A DNA stretch of 63,617 bases, counting the filler, from Stramenopiles sp. TOSAG23-6 (Eukaryota): the NCBI GenBank assembly GCA_900128565.1. It is 11 parts of 11 records of this genome, joined end to end, with 100 filler letters (N's around TTAATTAATTAA, not from the genome) between each part and the next. Parts side by side here need not be neighbours in the genome. Positions count along the whole stretch, not along the records: positions 34,813 to 40,508 come from LT636852.1; positions 40,609 to 46,292 come from LT636853.1; positions 46,393 to 52,070 come from LT636854.1; 8 more parts are not named here. One strand, written 5' to 3'. Of this stretch, positions 35,455 to 46,396 are shown piece after piece (within the stretch, counting starts at the first letter, position 1; every line of letters begins with the position of its first letter). The notes beneath the pieces were generated by a model that was not told the DNA's origin, did no database searches, and saw only the letters and a program-made list of their open reading frames with translations. Both the position numbers and the translations under genes were made by a program.

Positions 35455-35582
35455 AAATGTATGCTTAACTTATTGTAATTTTGATATTTGGAGATTGAAT
35501 TTTTTATTTTTAATACAAAATTGCTGTACAATGTATATTATTATTTAGAGTCTTTATATTTAAATTTCACTTCATCTTAATT

Positions 35583-38381
35583 TTACTTTTTACCTTTAGA
35601 AACAACTAAGAAAGATTGTCCAGTTTCCATTTGTTTCTCTTTCATTCGAGAAACAACATTATGTGGCGTGTCCGAAATTCCCATATGCTTCAGCTGTCTT
35701 TCTTCCTCCAATTTTCGCATTAGCTTTAATTGTTTTTTTCTCCCCGGTTTTTTCCCATGAAATTTATATGATAAGTGACGATACGCTTCCTTCTGAGACA
35801 ACAAACGCCCCAAACTATCACGATACTCCAATTTAATTTTATCATCTTTGTCGGAATAATATTTTTTTTTATCATTTGCACGTCCGGTCATTATTTCTCC
35901 ACTATTTCTTAAGTCGCCACGTCTTGATAACATTGCAAGCGTCGCAGCTAAACCAGTTTTTACAAGTGGCTCGGCTTCCTGAAAAGCATTTGTTGCTGTA
36001 GAGTCTTCCTCTTTGGTCGGGGAGAGAGTGCTCTTTTCAATAGATGAATTTGGACCATTCTGTCCGGCATTATTATCATTGCTATCTATATCCATATCAT
36101 TACTTACACTATTATCATTATTTGACTCAACTAACTCATTTGAAATATTATCAACATTTTGTTTCTCAGAAGCTTCGGAGAGTAATCGTTTTTCGGCGTT
36201 TCTTTCTTCAACACTCATCTTTAAACGCTGTGAGAACTCCTCTGTACTGGAAAACAAAACTGTACCTTCCACTTTGACTTTTTTTACACTTTTTTCTTTA
36301 AGCCTAGCAACACGTTGAGCAACTGATGCAGCATGATCTCGGATACCCTCTCCTACATTTGCTTTTTTTTGTACTTTTGCTAATCTCCTCGCACGTGCAA
36401 TTGAAGCAGCTAAAAACGCATCGTCATCACCAGAATCAAATGCAGCCGCATCAGCAGCTGCAGCAGCCTCCTCTTTATATACACGTTGGTCAATTTCACC
36501 CGCTTTGCGCTGTGCTGATCGATATGAGCGGGCTCTCCGTTCTTGTTCATTTCTTGAATCTTTCTCATTCTGTTGTCTTTTTTTACTTTTACTACGCGAA
36601 CCTCGATCTACATTTTTTTTATTGTTTTTATTGTTTTGAGATCCATTGATTCCTGTCTCTAATTGATCAGCAAAACTCATTGTAGCATCTTTCTTATCCA
36701 GAGCCTTCTTACGACGTTTTTTTTTCTTTTTTCTTTTTTTCTTGAAAGTTACTTCCTGTACTGCCTGAGCTTCAACTTCACTTTTAGTATAATAATCTGA
36801 AATTTTCTGCCTCTGTTCAGATTGTTGTCGCAAGCCAACAGGCTTCTCAACACTTAACGATTCCAAAACTTCACCAGGGCGTAATTTACAATTTGCGATT
36901 CTTTTTTCTTCAGCTCTACGAATAATTTCTTCACTTGTAATTGTTTCACTTCCATCTAAAGTCATCTTAGGTCCTGACTGTTTCTGTTCATTATAATGTT
37001 GCAGGAGCTTCTTCTTCCGTGCTGCTTGGCGTTCACCTTCAGATGCTGCACGTAGGGACAAAGCCTCATCAATATCCATTTCATCATCAACAGCAGAATA
37101 TACAGGGAGAGCTGCTCTTTCACGTTGTTTCTTGAGAAATTCAGTTCTCTCATCGTCTCTTAATTCGACATTTTCTAAAATGAGTTGACCTGAGGCAGCA
37201 TCATTTCCTTCTTCCAACACAGAACTATCTTTTAGAGTGAGAACAGTTGTCCCTTCTGAAAATTGATCTACACCATGCTGAATTTTCATCCCCTTGAGAT
37301 CAGCTGCAGAGTATACGTTTCCGAAACTTTCATCCTCCTGATCAAATCGATGACTTAACTTTAATGCTTTGATTTTCTCGACTTTTTCTTGAACTTCTTT
37401 TGCAACTTTAGATTTTCGACTCTTTTCAACCCATGCTAATGCACTTTCGTCTTCATCTGATTGCTCACCTAAACCTTTTCCTTCTAATTTGGCATAATAC
37501 GCTTTTTGTCTCTTCAGTTTTGCTAATTTGGTTTCTAAATCTTTTGCTCGTTTTTCTTTAACTTTTTCATCCAAACGTTGTTTTTGCTCAGACCAAAGTT
37601 TTTTTTCGGCATTTTCATGAGCACTCCCTCCTGTACTAAGGGGTTTCATTCCAAGAAGAGCTCGAATTCGGTTAGTTTCGGCAACTGAACAAGATACTGT
37701 TCCTTCAGAATTACTAACATCAGCTTTGATTCCATCCGGGCCGAACAAATCTTCCTCAGTTTTTTGGGGAGCGGCTACTGCATCTACAGTAGAAGCGGAT
37801 TCTTCACTTTTGAACACCTTTTTATTAGAAGGAGACGCACTACTATCAGACAAATTTTCAGATGATCTATATCTGCGTCTGCGACGCGGTGGTGACCTTG
37901 ACCTTGACATAGACGAATTAGGAGGTTTTGATAAACTACTCTTTTCACGACCAAACGCATCTTTATGGTTAGCTTTATTCACAACTTCAGAATGAGCATT
38001 TGGATCATGAGAAGGGGAGTTAGAAATGTTTCGAGTACGTTTTGACGCACGCAGCTCACGAGGTGAATGTTTATCTTCAGCTGCATCAATACTGCTTTTT
38101 CTTTCACGCTTCGCTGGACGAGATCGACGACTTTGACGAGGAGAGACAGAGTTAGATTTGCTACGAGCTGGCGATTCTTTCTTTTCACTCGTACTTTTAC
38201 TGTTCCCACGAGTCGAACGAGTACGGCGGGTTGGTGAGGCAGACGTACTGCGGCCACGTTTCGCCGCACGAAGTGCTCGAGGAGATTCTTTCATCTTACT
38301 CTTAGCCGTACTAGCTCCACGCGTCGAACGAGTACGGCGCGTTGGTGAGGTAGACGTACTACGGCCACGTGTCTTTGCCAT
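35583..38381 (-). CDS. SART1: U4/U6.U5 tri-snRNP protein SART1/Snu66
   Basis: SCSVAETNRIRALLGMKPL (HIND motif), VLTLKDSSVL and LEYRDSLGRLLSQKEAYRHLSYKFHGKKPG. Confidence 0.95.
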   Translation of the reverse strand: MAKTRGRSTSTSPTRRTRSTRGASTAKSKMKESPRALRAAKRGRSTSASPTRRTRSTRGNSKSTSEKKESPARSKSNSVSPRQSRRSRPAKRERKSSIDAAEDKHSPRELRASKRTRNISNSPSHDPNAHSEVVNKANHKDAFGREKSSLSKPPNSSMSRSRSPPRRRRRYRSSENLSDSSASPSNKKVFKSEESASTVDAVAAPQKTEEDLFGPDGIKADVSNSEGTVSCSVAETNRIRALLGMKPLSTGGSAHENAEKKLWSEQKQRLDEKVKEKRAKDLETKLAKLKRQKAYYAKLEGKGLGEQSDEDESALAWVEKSRKSKVAKEVQEKVEKIKALKLSHRFDQEDESFGNVYSAADLKGMKIQHGVDQFSEGTTVLTLKDSSVLEEGNDAASGQLILENVELRDDERTEFLKKQRERAALPVYSAVDDEMDIDEALSLRAASEGERQAARKKKLLQHYNEQKQSGPKMTLDGSETITSEEIIRRAEEKRIANCKLRPGEVLESLSVEKPVGLRQQSEQRQKISDYYTKSEVEAQAVQEVTFKKKRKKKKKRRKKALDKKDATMSFADQLETGINGSQNNKNNKKNVDRGSRSKSKKRQQNEKDSRNEQERRARSYRSAQRKAGEIDQRVYKEEAAAAADAAAFDSGDDDAFLAASIARARRLAKVQKKANVGEGIRDHAASVAQRVARLKEKSVKKVKVEGTVLFSSTEEFSQRLKMSVEERNAEKRLLSEASEKQNVDNISNELVESNNDNSVSNDMDIDSNDNNAGQNGPNSSIEKSTLSPTKEEDSTATNAFQEAEPLVKTGLAATLAMLSRRGDLRNSGEIMTGRANDKKKYYSDKDDKIKLEYRDSLGRLLSQKEAYRHLSYKFHGKKPGRKKQLKLMRKLEEERQLKHMGISDTPHNVVSRMKEKQMETGQSFLVVSKGKK

Positions 38382-38657
38382 GTGTCCAAAGTCTAAGGTT
38401 TATACAATGGTTCTCAAATTGTCGCTCCGTTTATTTAATATTGCATATCACCCAACGGGAACGAAGTTGAACAATAATTTTTTTCGTATGCGACTGCGAC
38501 TGCGATTGATATTTGATTTTGATTTTTTGTTTTTGTTTCGTTTTCAGTTATTTCGTGTTTGCTATAAAGTTGTAACTGTTGACTAGTACTACCTTATCTC
38601 TTAACATCAAGGATATATTTATAATTATCCTTGGTACAGTAATAAAAGGTCATATTA

Positions 38658-40508
38658 ATGGCGAAAAAGAAGGGAGGGAAGGGAAAGGGAAAGGGAAAGA
38701 AGAAGAAGAAGAAGAAGAATAGTTCTGATAAAAATGATGTTGATTCAAAAGAAAAAGGCGATGGTGAAGAATGGAAAACCAAGGGGTTTGTACGTTTTGT
38801 TCCCGAGGAAGAAGACAAACCGAAACCAAAACCTTCTAAACCAATCAGTGAAATGAAGACACACGAACGCATACTCCATCGAAAGACTTATCTTCCTTTG
38901 CCTCGGTTCTCAATTAAATCTAGAGAAACCGCCGCAGTGACAATCAGATGGACTGAGGTTTCTCAGCATAATACTGACAAGATGGGTCAGATAAAGAGTT
39001 TAAAACGTTTAAGAAATTTAGGACTCAGTGAACGATCTGACTTGCAAGACCAACATTATGATGATGCGGCAACAGAGGTAAGAAAGAAAAGTAAGCAAAT
39101 GCACATAGGGATATCCTCTGCTTTGAGCAATGGTTCAAATAATAGGAAAATTCCCCATAGAGAAGATGGATTATTTTTATCTCCTCGGGACTCATATGTA
39201 CTTTTTAATTATGAATTTTTTTTTTTTTTTTTTGGTAGAAAATTTTGTACCTAACGATTTTTTTTTTTTGAATATTTTTTAACAATATATCTTCATAAAT
39301 GTCGTTTAGCACGGGTCGCACCCCGACCTTCGATATTTACAAAAACGTCACCAATTGCGCATAGATCGGTTCTTATGGATAAAAGTTTAAAGTACCAAAA
39401 TGCATTGCTTGGAGTGGATCAAATATCTGCACTATGTGGTGCAATTGAGGAAGTACAAGATATGCAAGTGAGAACTTTATCCTTAGCAAACAACCGCATG
39501 TACGTTTTTATTATTTTTCAAATCCGAATTTGTTTTCGTACGACATTTTGTACCTAACGATTTTTTTTGAAATATTTTTCCAAAATACATCGATCACGTT
39601 GGCTGTCGTCTTCTAAGTACTTCTCTATATCAGCATCATGCATTAATGAATATAGATCTATCTGGGAATCCAATAGGCACGAAAGGCATGGGTTATCTTG
39701 TTCATGTTTTAGAAAGTAATCATCTACATCAGATCAATTTTGCATCATGTATGTTTTCATTGTGAATTTTAAATCTATACTTTTTGTACCAAATTCCCAT
39801 ACCTAACGATTTTCAATGTAACATTTTTCTACAATACATGCTCACTCACTGACGATGCTATTGTAACGCTTTGTCAGGTACTTTTTCGAACTCACTCGGT
39901 GAGACAATTAAATTTGAGTGGTAATACATTCGGGGTACACGCCTGTTCCGCTGTTGCAAAACTAGTTGCCGCATCGACCATTTCGAGTCAATTGAGGTTA
40001 ATGGAATTAAAAATATCCGATAATAAAATTCCTCCGGTGGGTCTTTGTAAGATATTTTTAGCTCTTTCATTAAATGAAACACTACAAGTGTTGGATATTA
40101 GTTTAAATTCTCTCAGTGGTCGTGAATCACGTCACTATAAACATTTACTTCCTGTACTTGATTTGGATGCATACAAGAAGTTTCCAGTGGAAAGAGGATT
40201 TGGTCCAGTTTGGGATAAAATATCATCAGAAGATTCTGAAGTGTCTGAAGGAAAGAAATTAAAGAAAAACGATGGAAAGGATAAAGATAAAAAGAGTTCA
40301 ACAGCAGGAAAAGGGGGGAAAGGCAAAAATGGTGATGATAGTATCAAAGCTTTACGAGCAAAAAATCTAGAAAATAAGCGAATTCATGGACCATGTATGT
40401 TTAATTTTTTTTTTAATTTCAATTTTTTTTCGTACGAAATTTTGTACCTAACATTTTTTTTTTTTGGAATATTTCTCCAAAATACATAGGCGTGGAGGAT
40501 ACAATTTC
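38658..40508 (+). CDS. Leucine-rich-repeat (RI-like) protein, 3'-truncated; family introns 39198-39290, 39500-39590, 39749-39839 (GT-AT) and about 40395-40489
   Basis: Splicing restores LSLANNRI|DHVG and INFASC|SLTD; further LRRs DLSGNPIGTKG and LNLSGNTFG. Confidence 0.85.
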
Positions 40509-41315
40509 NNNNNNNNNNNNNNNNNNNNNNNNNNNNNNNNNNNNNNNNNNNNTTAATTAATTAANNNNNNNNNNNNNNNNNNNNNNNNNNNNNNNNNNNN
40601 NNNNNNNNCCCCCCCCCCCCCCCCCCCCCGCAGAATCATACTTGACAGGACATGAAAGAAGATATTCATAGCAAAAGAAGGAAAAAGAAGGCGAAAAGAA
40701 ACGACAATTGAAGTGGTACGGTTAGAATTCGTAGGAAAATTTGTACCTAAGGAATGGTACAGTTAGAATTTACAGATTTCGTGTTTTTTGGTACACTTAG
40801 AATTCCGTACCATTTTGGTACAAGACTAGACCCCTTTTATATATGGAGTAACCTGTGGCGGCTACCCCCCAGACGGGCTCTACACAAAATCCGCTATTTC
40901 AAAATGAATTTTTAATAATTTCCTTAATTTAAAGAAAAAATATTTCCATAGAGTTCTCAGAATCGCTTCATTTAGTTCAAGATAATAATACGTCATATAT
41001 TTCTGATTTTAGCTGAAAATGCCACATCATTGGTATATAATACCTTCTAAAACTGGCGCTGCAGCAGTGGATTGCAAACTTTTAGATTTTTTTGTACTTA
41101 TTTTTTTTTGGTATGAAAAAGTGGTACAGAATCCAAAGATACGCTACTACTGCTTTTAATTAATAATGGAATTCCATTCGCAAAAGGAGAACTTGTAGAA
41201 ATTCACCTATTTTTAGAGCACAAAAAAGCAGGTGATGCTCATAGACTGACTTTCACTGTTCATAACTAGTTTCAGTCTTTTTTATAATGCAAATTACAAA
41301 GATGTCAATGTTATT

Positions 41316-42341
41316 TTATAATTGTTTTAAAAGATCTTCTGAAAGTTTGTGAATTTCTGCCGAATCTGTGTCCCCACCACTACAAGTCACTGGCATTGAA
41401 ACTGCATGTTTTGCCCATGTTTTTGCTTCTGCACAATTTCCTAGAAGTTTATAAGTTCTCGCAATCATATAGCAGTTTTTTTTCCACCAATGTGTTTGAA
41501 TTTTATTATCCGTTTCACCAAAATTTTCAGACGTCAATGTTTCACTTGTTCCGTTGTCATTTGATTCATCTTTAGCTAATTTAGCAATGCCTAATCTCTC
41601 AGCTTCTAAAAAGTCAGATAGTGCCTTCTCAAATGAAGTATCTGGTAATTGACCAAAGATTGAATTTGCAATCAACCGAGCACCCCATGGAATATTTGAT
41701 ATCTCAAAACTCCATACGCCTCGCATGTATCTACACATTGGATCACATGGATCTAATCGTATAGCGTCATCGATATGTTTCTTGATGTCAAAAGAAGCTT
41801 TAATTTGTTGTCTATTTCCAAGAAATCCGGAATATTGAGTGAGTAATATTGCAAACCATTTGTGAGACACTGAAAGTTCTGGAGATTTTTCTAGAGCCGT
41901 TTCACAATAGTCCAACCCTTTTTTACTAAGAGTTTTACTTTGTAGCTTATCGGATTTTACTAAAGTTGCTGCTTGAGCATAGCAAACTCGCCCTATCCGC
42001 CAGAGACTATGACCTATTATGTTTTTTTTTTTTTTGTTTTCTATATTTTTATTGATGTTTTCTGTATATTTTTCCATATATGTTTTAAGCAATCCTCGTG
42101 CTTTTTCAAAATCATTCGCCAAGTAAGCTTCATCAGCATCTTTAAAAAATGTCTTAATCTCTTGAATATCTTCCATACGAGGGGATTCTTCTGAAAATAA
42201 ATTCGACACTGTAGATCTAGACGAATTCTTCTTCGATGTAACCTTTTTCAAAGACTTTTTCTGCTTGAAAGAGTCAAAAAGACTAGAAAATAGAATACCT
42301 AACCCAATCATTAAAAGTGGTAAAAATAGAGGGTAGTCCAT
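41316..42341 (-). CDS. Regulator of microtubule dynamics (RMDN/FAM82)-like TPR protein
   Basis: LWRIGR, HKWFAI, IKKHIDDAIRLDP.DP, GVWSFEISNIPW and FEKALSDFLEAE; the start region sits in a 33-bp tandem duplication. Confidence 0.85.
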   Translation of the reverse strand: MDYPLFLPLLMIGLGILFSSLFDSFKQKKSLKKVTSKKNSSRSTVSNLFSEESPRMEDIQEIKTFFKDADEAYLANDFEKARGLLKTYMEKYTENINKNIENKKKKNIIGHSLWRIGRVCYAQAATLVKSDKLQSKTLSKKGLDYCETALEKSPELSVSHKWFAILLTQYSGFLGNRQQIKASFDIKKHIDDAIRLDPCDPMCRYMRGVWSFEISNIPWGARLIANSIFGQLPDTSFEKALSDFLEAERLGIAKLAKDESNDNGTSETLTSENFGETDNKIQTHWWKKNCYMIARTYKLLGNCAEAKTWAKHAVSMPVTCSGGDTDSAEIHKLSEDLLKQL

Positions 42342-42757
42342 TGGAATTTTCTGTAAAAATAGAGGGTAGTCCATTGGAATTTTCTGTCGACGATGTGAAA
42401 ATAAACAAGCCACGCATAGTACTATTAAAGTTGAACATAGAGCAAATTGAGTAATTGACAAATGATGCTCTGCTACCTTTCGCTTGTGTTCCGCGGGGGG
42501 GATTCTAAAACTTAAGGTTTTCAAAGGACTTTTACCACGAAATGCTACGTTTACACCACGCCACATTGTAATGTATATTTACTGCAAATGTATGCAAGAC
42601 GATGAAAACGAAACTTATTAGATGCAGGGACACAACGCCGAAGACGTTTCGATAGTATACCAAACTACGGTTTGTCGGTATATATATGTAACTGTAATAA
42701 TTAGTATATATTTAACGGTTCTTTCTCAAAAAAAACAAAATATATTTTTTTATTTTT

Positions 42758-45083
42758 TTATTCATTCCTACCATTTTTACAAACTGCTACAGGTCCATCA
42801 CCAACATCTACAAGTTCAAAAGTTGGAAATTTCATCATTGTATCATTATGAATATTCCGATGTGCATTCTTATCTTCTTTAATATTTAAGTGGAACCGGG
42901 TATCATTTGCACATTCCTCACCTGAANTAANTTTTTTTTTTTTTTTGTTTAATTGAAAGGTCGTTCAAAGAATTCTCTACTTTTAATTTAAACCCATTTA
43001 TAATATTTTCTATAACTTTAGTACGATAATGTAAAATTACGACTAATGACATCATTGATACAGCAAGTAAAATTTTCCACGTCATTGAAAGTTTATATAA
43101 AAAAACGTCCAAGTTTTCTCCGTGCATATGTTTTATATACAGAATTTTCATACTAAAAAAATGTGGTAAAAAAATCAATTTTTGAAATCAATAATAAAAC
43201 GCAAAGAAAAATCATCAGGCACAATTTGCTTTTGAAAAAACTAAAAAAAATGATGAAAACGTACTGAACCATAGTCGACACCATTAATGATGAAAACAAC
43301 AATTAGTCTAAAGGATGTCGTTACAATGAAGATAAAATCCCATATTGTAAATGACGAAGACGCTGCGGTCAAAATCTGTGCGATTTCAAATATAACAAGA
43401 ATGTAAAATGAATTCAATATGTACTATAAGAGGATAAGAGGATAGAGCAATTGTGTGTAACTAACAAATTTAACATTTGTTTGGTACAAAATTTGGTACA
43501 ACTTACATTTCGTTTTGACATTTGAAAATAGATCAGAGTTGAGTAAAAACACGCAATAGTTTCGAATCCATCGAGAGAAAATGTAGTGTGAAAAAATACC
43601 TAATTTGAAATTTTGTTAAAAAAGAATTGTAGTGTGAAAAAATACCTAATTTGAAATTTTGTTAAAAAAAAAAATAGAAAAAATTGAAATTAGTTTGAAA
43701 TCATCAAAAAGTACATGATTCTCGGCTGAAGGCTTCGTCCCATAAATGATTATATAGTATATATTGGTATAAAAATGTGGATGTGACAGATTTGTCCTTT
43801 GAAATTATTTTGCGGTGCATGAACTGTGACAAAAATAGTTTTTTTAATTCGTTAGGTATGAAATTTTCCAAGTAAAACAAATAAATGTAAAATTTTCACA
43901 ATAAAAAGATTAAAACTTACATACCAGAACCTAATTGTTTCCAAGAACAATTAATAAATTGATGATTCCAAAGTCTTCCAGGTGCTTCACTCGCGGCATC
44001 ATCCATTGTACAGAAATTGATTTTGATGTTACAAAATTTATTTTCGGCAAGAAATGTGAAAAAATATTTTTTTTTGGACAAAAAGTTTTTTATGTACAAA
44101 ATTTTCATTATTAAAAAAAAAAATAGATGAAATATTCCATTTCGAAAACATACAATCACAGCAAAAATGGAAAAATAAAATGTTATTCCAAATACTTTTA
44201 AAACTGACTTTGTAATACTTTCAGAAATATCAAGAAGATCGATAATTTCCATTAGGTTATGGTTAGGATTAGGGTTAGGGTTAGTTCTTCCTGTTTTTCC
44301 AGGGAATTTAACTTTTCCATCGATTGATTTGTTTGTATATTTAACATTTTCTGCGCCTTTTGTAGAGTTTGTATATGCCCGAGAGTGAGCATATATGTAT
44401 TGTGAAAACATATTTTAAATTCGAAATTGTTCAAAAGGTTAACAATTTTGTATGAAAACAAAAATAAAATTTGAAATTCATGATATTTTGGAAAAATATT
44501 TTTTTTAGTGAAAAAATCATTAGGTACAAAATTTCGTACGAAAAAAAAATCGAAATTGAAAAAAGACGACGTACAGACACTGTGACTGTGTATGTAACAT
44601 AAAGTAATTAAGAAAGTATATACCAAACATAATGAGAATATGTAATACCCATAGAACTTCATCTTTTTGAGTAAATCCGTAATAATGTCCAGATTTAATA
44701 TCAACTTTTCCGGATTTTTCATACGCAGACTTATATTTTGTGTGCAATATAATTCGGTATGTCGCTAAAGGAATAAAAATAGTAAATATAGAAATTACCA
44801 GTGACATCACTTTTATCTTGTGAACTTCTAACCGAGTTTTAACAGTAACATAATCTTGATTATTTGACCAAAGGGTTGCAAAGAAAATAGATGCTGTACA
44901 GAGAATATGCAGAGTCATACCAGCTGCAATGGCTTTTTGATATCCCAAAATAAAAAAGACAATGTTGCATAACACGAGGAGAAAACTCTGTAGCAAAATG
45001 ACGCGTTGAGTAAAATTTATCAAAAGTGTTTGTCGTAAGACTATTCTATCGGATGATCCTTTGTTAAATACGACGTGTTTCAT
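42758..45083 (-). CDS. Multi-exon membrane protein of unknown function; exon structure only partly resolved
   Basis: Hydrophobic open frames separated by family introns (44395-44574 is in phase); the other junctions are uncertain. Confidence 0.5.
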
Positions 45084-45428
45084 TATTGTATCGGAGTTGA
45101 TTCAATCAAGAGATATATTAACTTTGCAAAAGGGCAAAAGTAGACACCACCCAGTTATATAATTACCGGATAGAACGAAAAAAATTTTCGAATTACTNCN
45201 AAAAAAAAAAAANTTTTTTTGAGGAGAAGCAGGTTTGTCTTTTTTTTTGACTGACTGATCGGCGCAAACATCATCATTACATTTTATTCGAAGTTCATCA
45301 TTGGACAAAAAAATCAAACATTCTAATACAGACTAGCTAGAGTCTTGCTGCTTTTATTGTTTTTATATTGGCGCGTATTGGACTTTCTTTTTATATCTCG
45401 TGTTCTTGTATAAACATTTTTCATATTT

Positions 45429-46211
45429 ATGGAAGATGAATTTCCTACGTTGCACCTGAATGTGCGTCCACAGAAGGATTCATCATCACTGGAAAGTTGT
45501 GAAAGTGTGTACAGCCTTAGTGAAGACTTAGCAGCTTCAATTTTAACTTCTGCAATCGAAGAAGTAATCCGGAAAGAGCAACAGTTGTTGTCTAAAGGTT
45601 CGTATAGCCATGTTTTATTTCGTTTCGTATGGATGCAGCAGCCTGAGTGGCCTGCGGTGGTTTTCTGTGGGTTATGTTTACTATGTGTAGGACTAATTCA
45701 AAATAATAATCATACGAGCGAAGGAATTATCTTACTACTGATATCTTTAGTTCACATTGGAATTGGTTTACGCCAACAAAAATTTGAAAGCCAAGAACTT
45801 TTGTGGCGATTGCAGCACGCTAAATCTGTGTTTGAAGAATCTGCTGCCGAGGCTTGCGTTAATTTTGGTTTTGAAAATGTAGAAAATAAAAAAGACTGTG
45901 ACAGTAGTGATGTTGAAAGCACACGTAGCAATGAAAGCAACGAAAATAGTCAAGATAATTTCTTTGATTCTTGTAATAGTGTTTCATCAACACCAAGTAC
46001 ATCACCAGTGAATCATCGCCTGTCACCTAAAAAAAAATCTCCTTTATTTTCAAGTTATAGTTGGTCTCCAAACTCATCAGGTACGAAATTTAATACGAAT
46101 ACATCATCTGAAACCTTTGAATTAAATGGAAAACTTCCCTATCCAAAACTTCAATTTACTGTAGCTGTATTTCGTGATGCTCGTTGGAGGCACTTACCTC
46201 AAGCTTTACTG
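45429..46211 (+). CDS. TMEM94/P-type ATPase-like N-terminal fragment
   Basis: Two transmembrane helices, then AVFRDARWRHLPQALL(V); family intron from 46212 runs into the contig end. Confidence 0.65.
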
Positions 46212-46396
46212 GTACGTTTTCATTATGAATTTCAAATTTGTTTTTTTCGTACGAAATTTTGTACCTAACAAATTTCGAATTTAATTTTTTTTNNNNNNNN
46301 NNNNNNNNNNNNNNNNNNNNNNNNNNNNNNNNNNNNTTAATTAATTAANNNNNNNNNNNNNNNNNNNNNNNNNNNNNNNNNNNNNNNNNNNNTGTT

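Noticed and set aside
33738-38381. Spliceosome gene cluster EFTUD2 + SART1
   Set aside because: A linker at 34713-34812 separates them, so they are on different contigs.
39198-40489. CRISPR-like array of regularly spaced repeats
   Set aside because: The spacers are in-phase exons of an LRR gene, the repeats are introns, and there are no cas genes.
40395-40489. Counting this intron as GT-AT
   Set aside because: It is ambiguous: donor 40395 needs the AG at 40488-40489, while donor 40399 fits the AT. It is excluded from the tallies.
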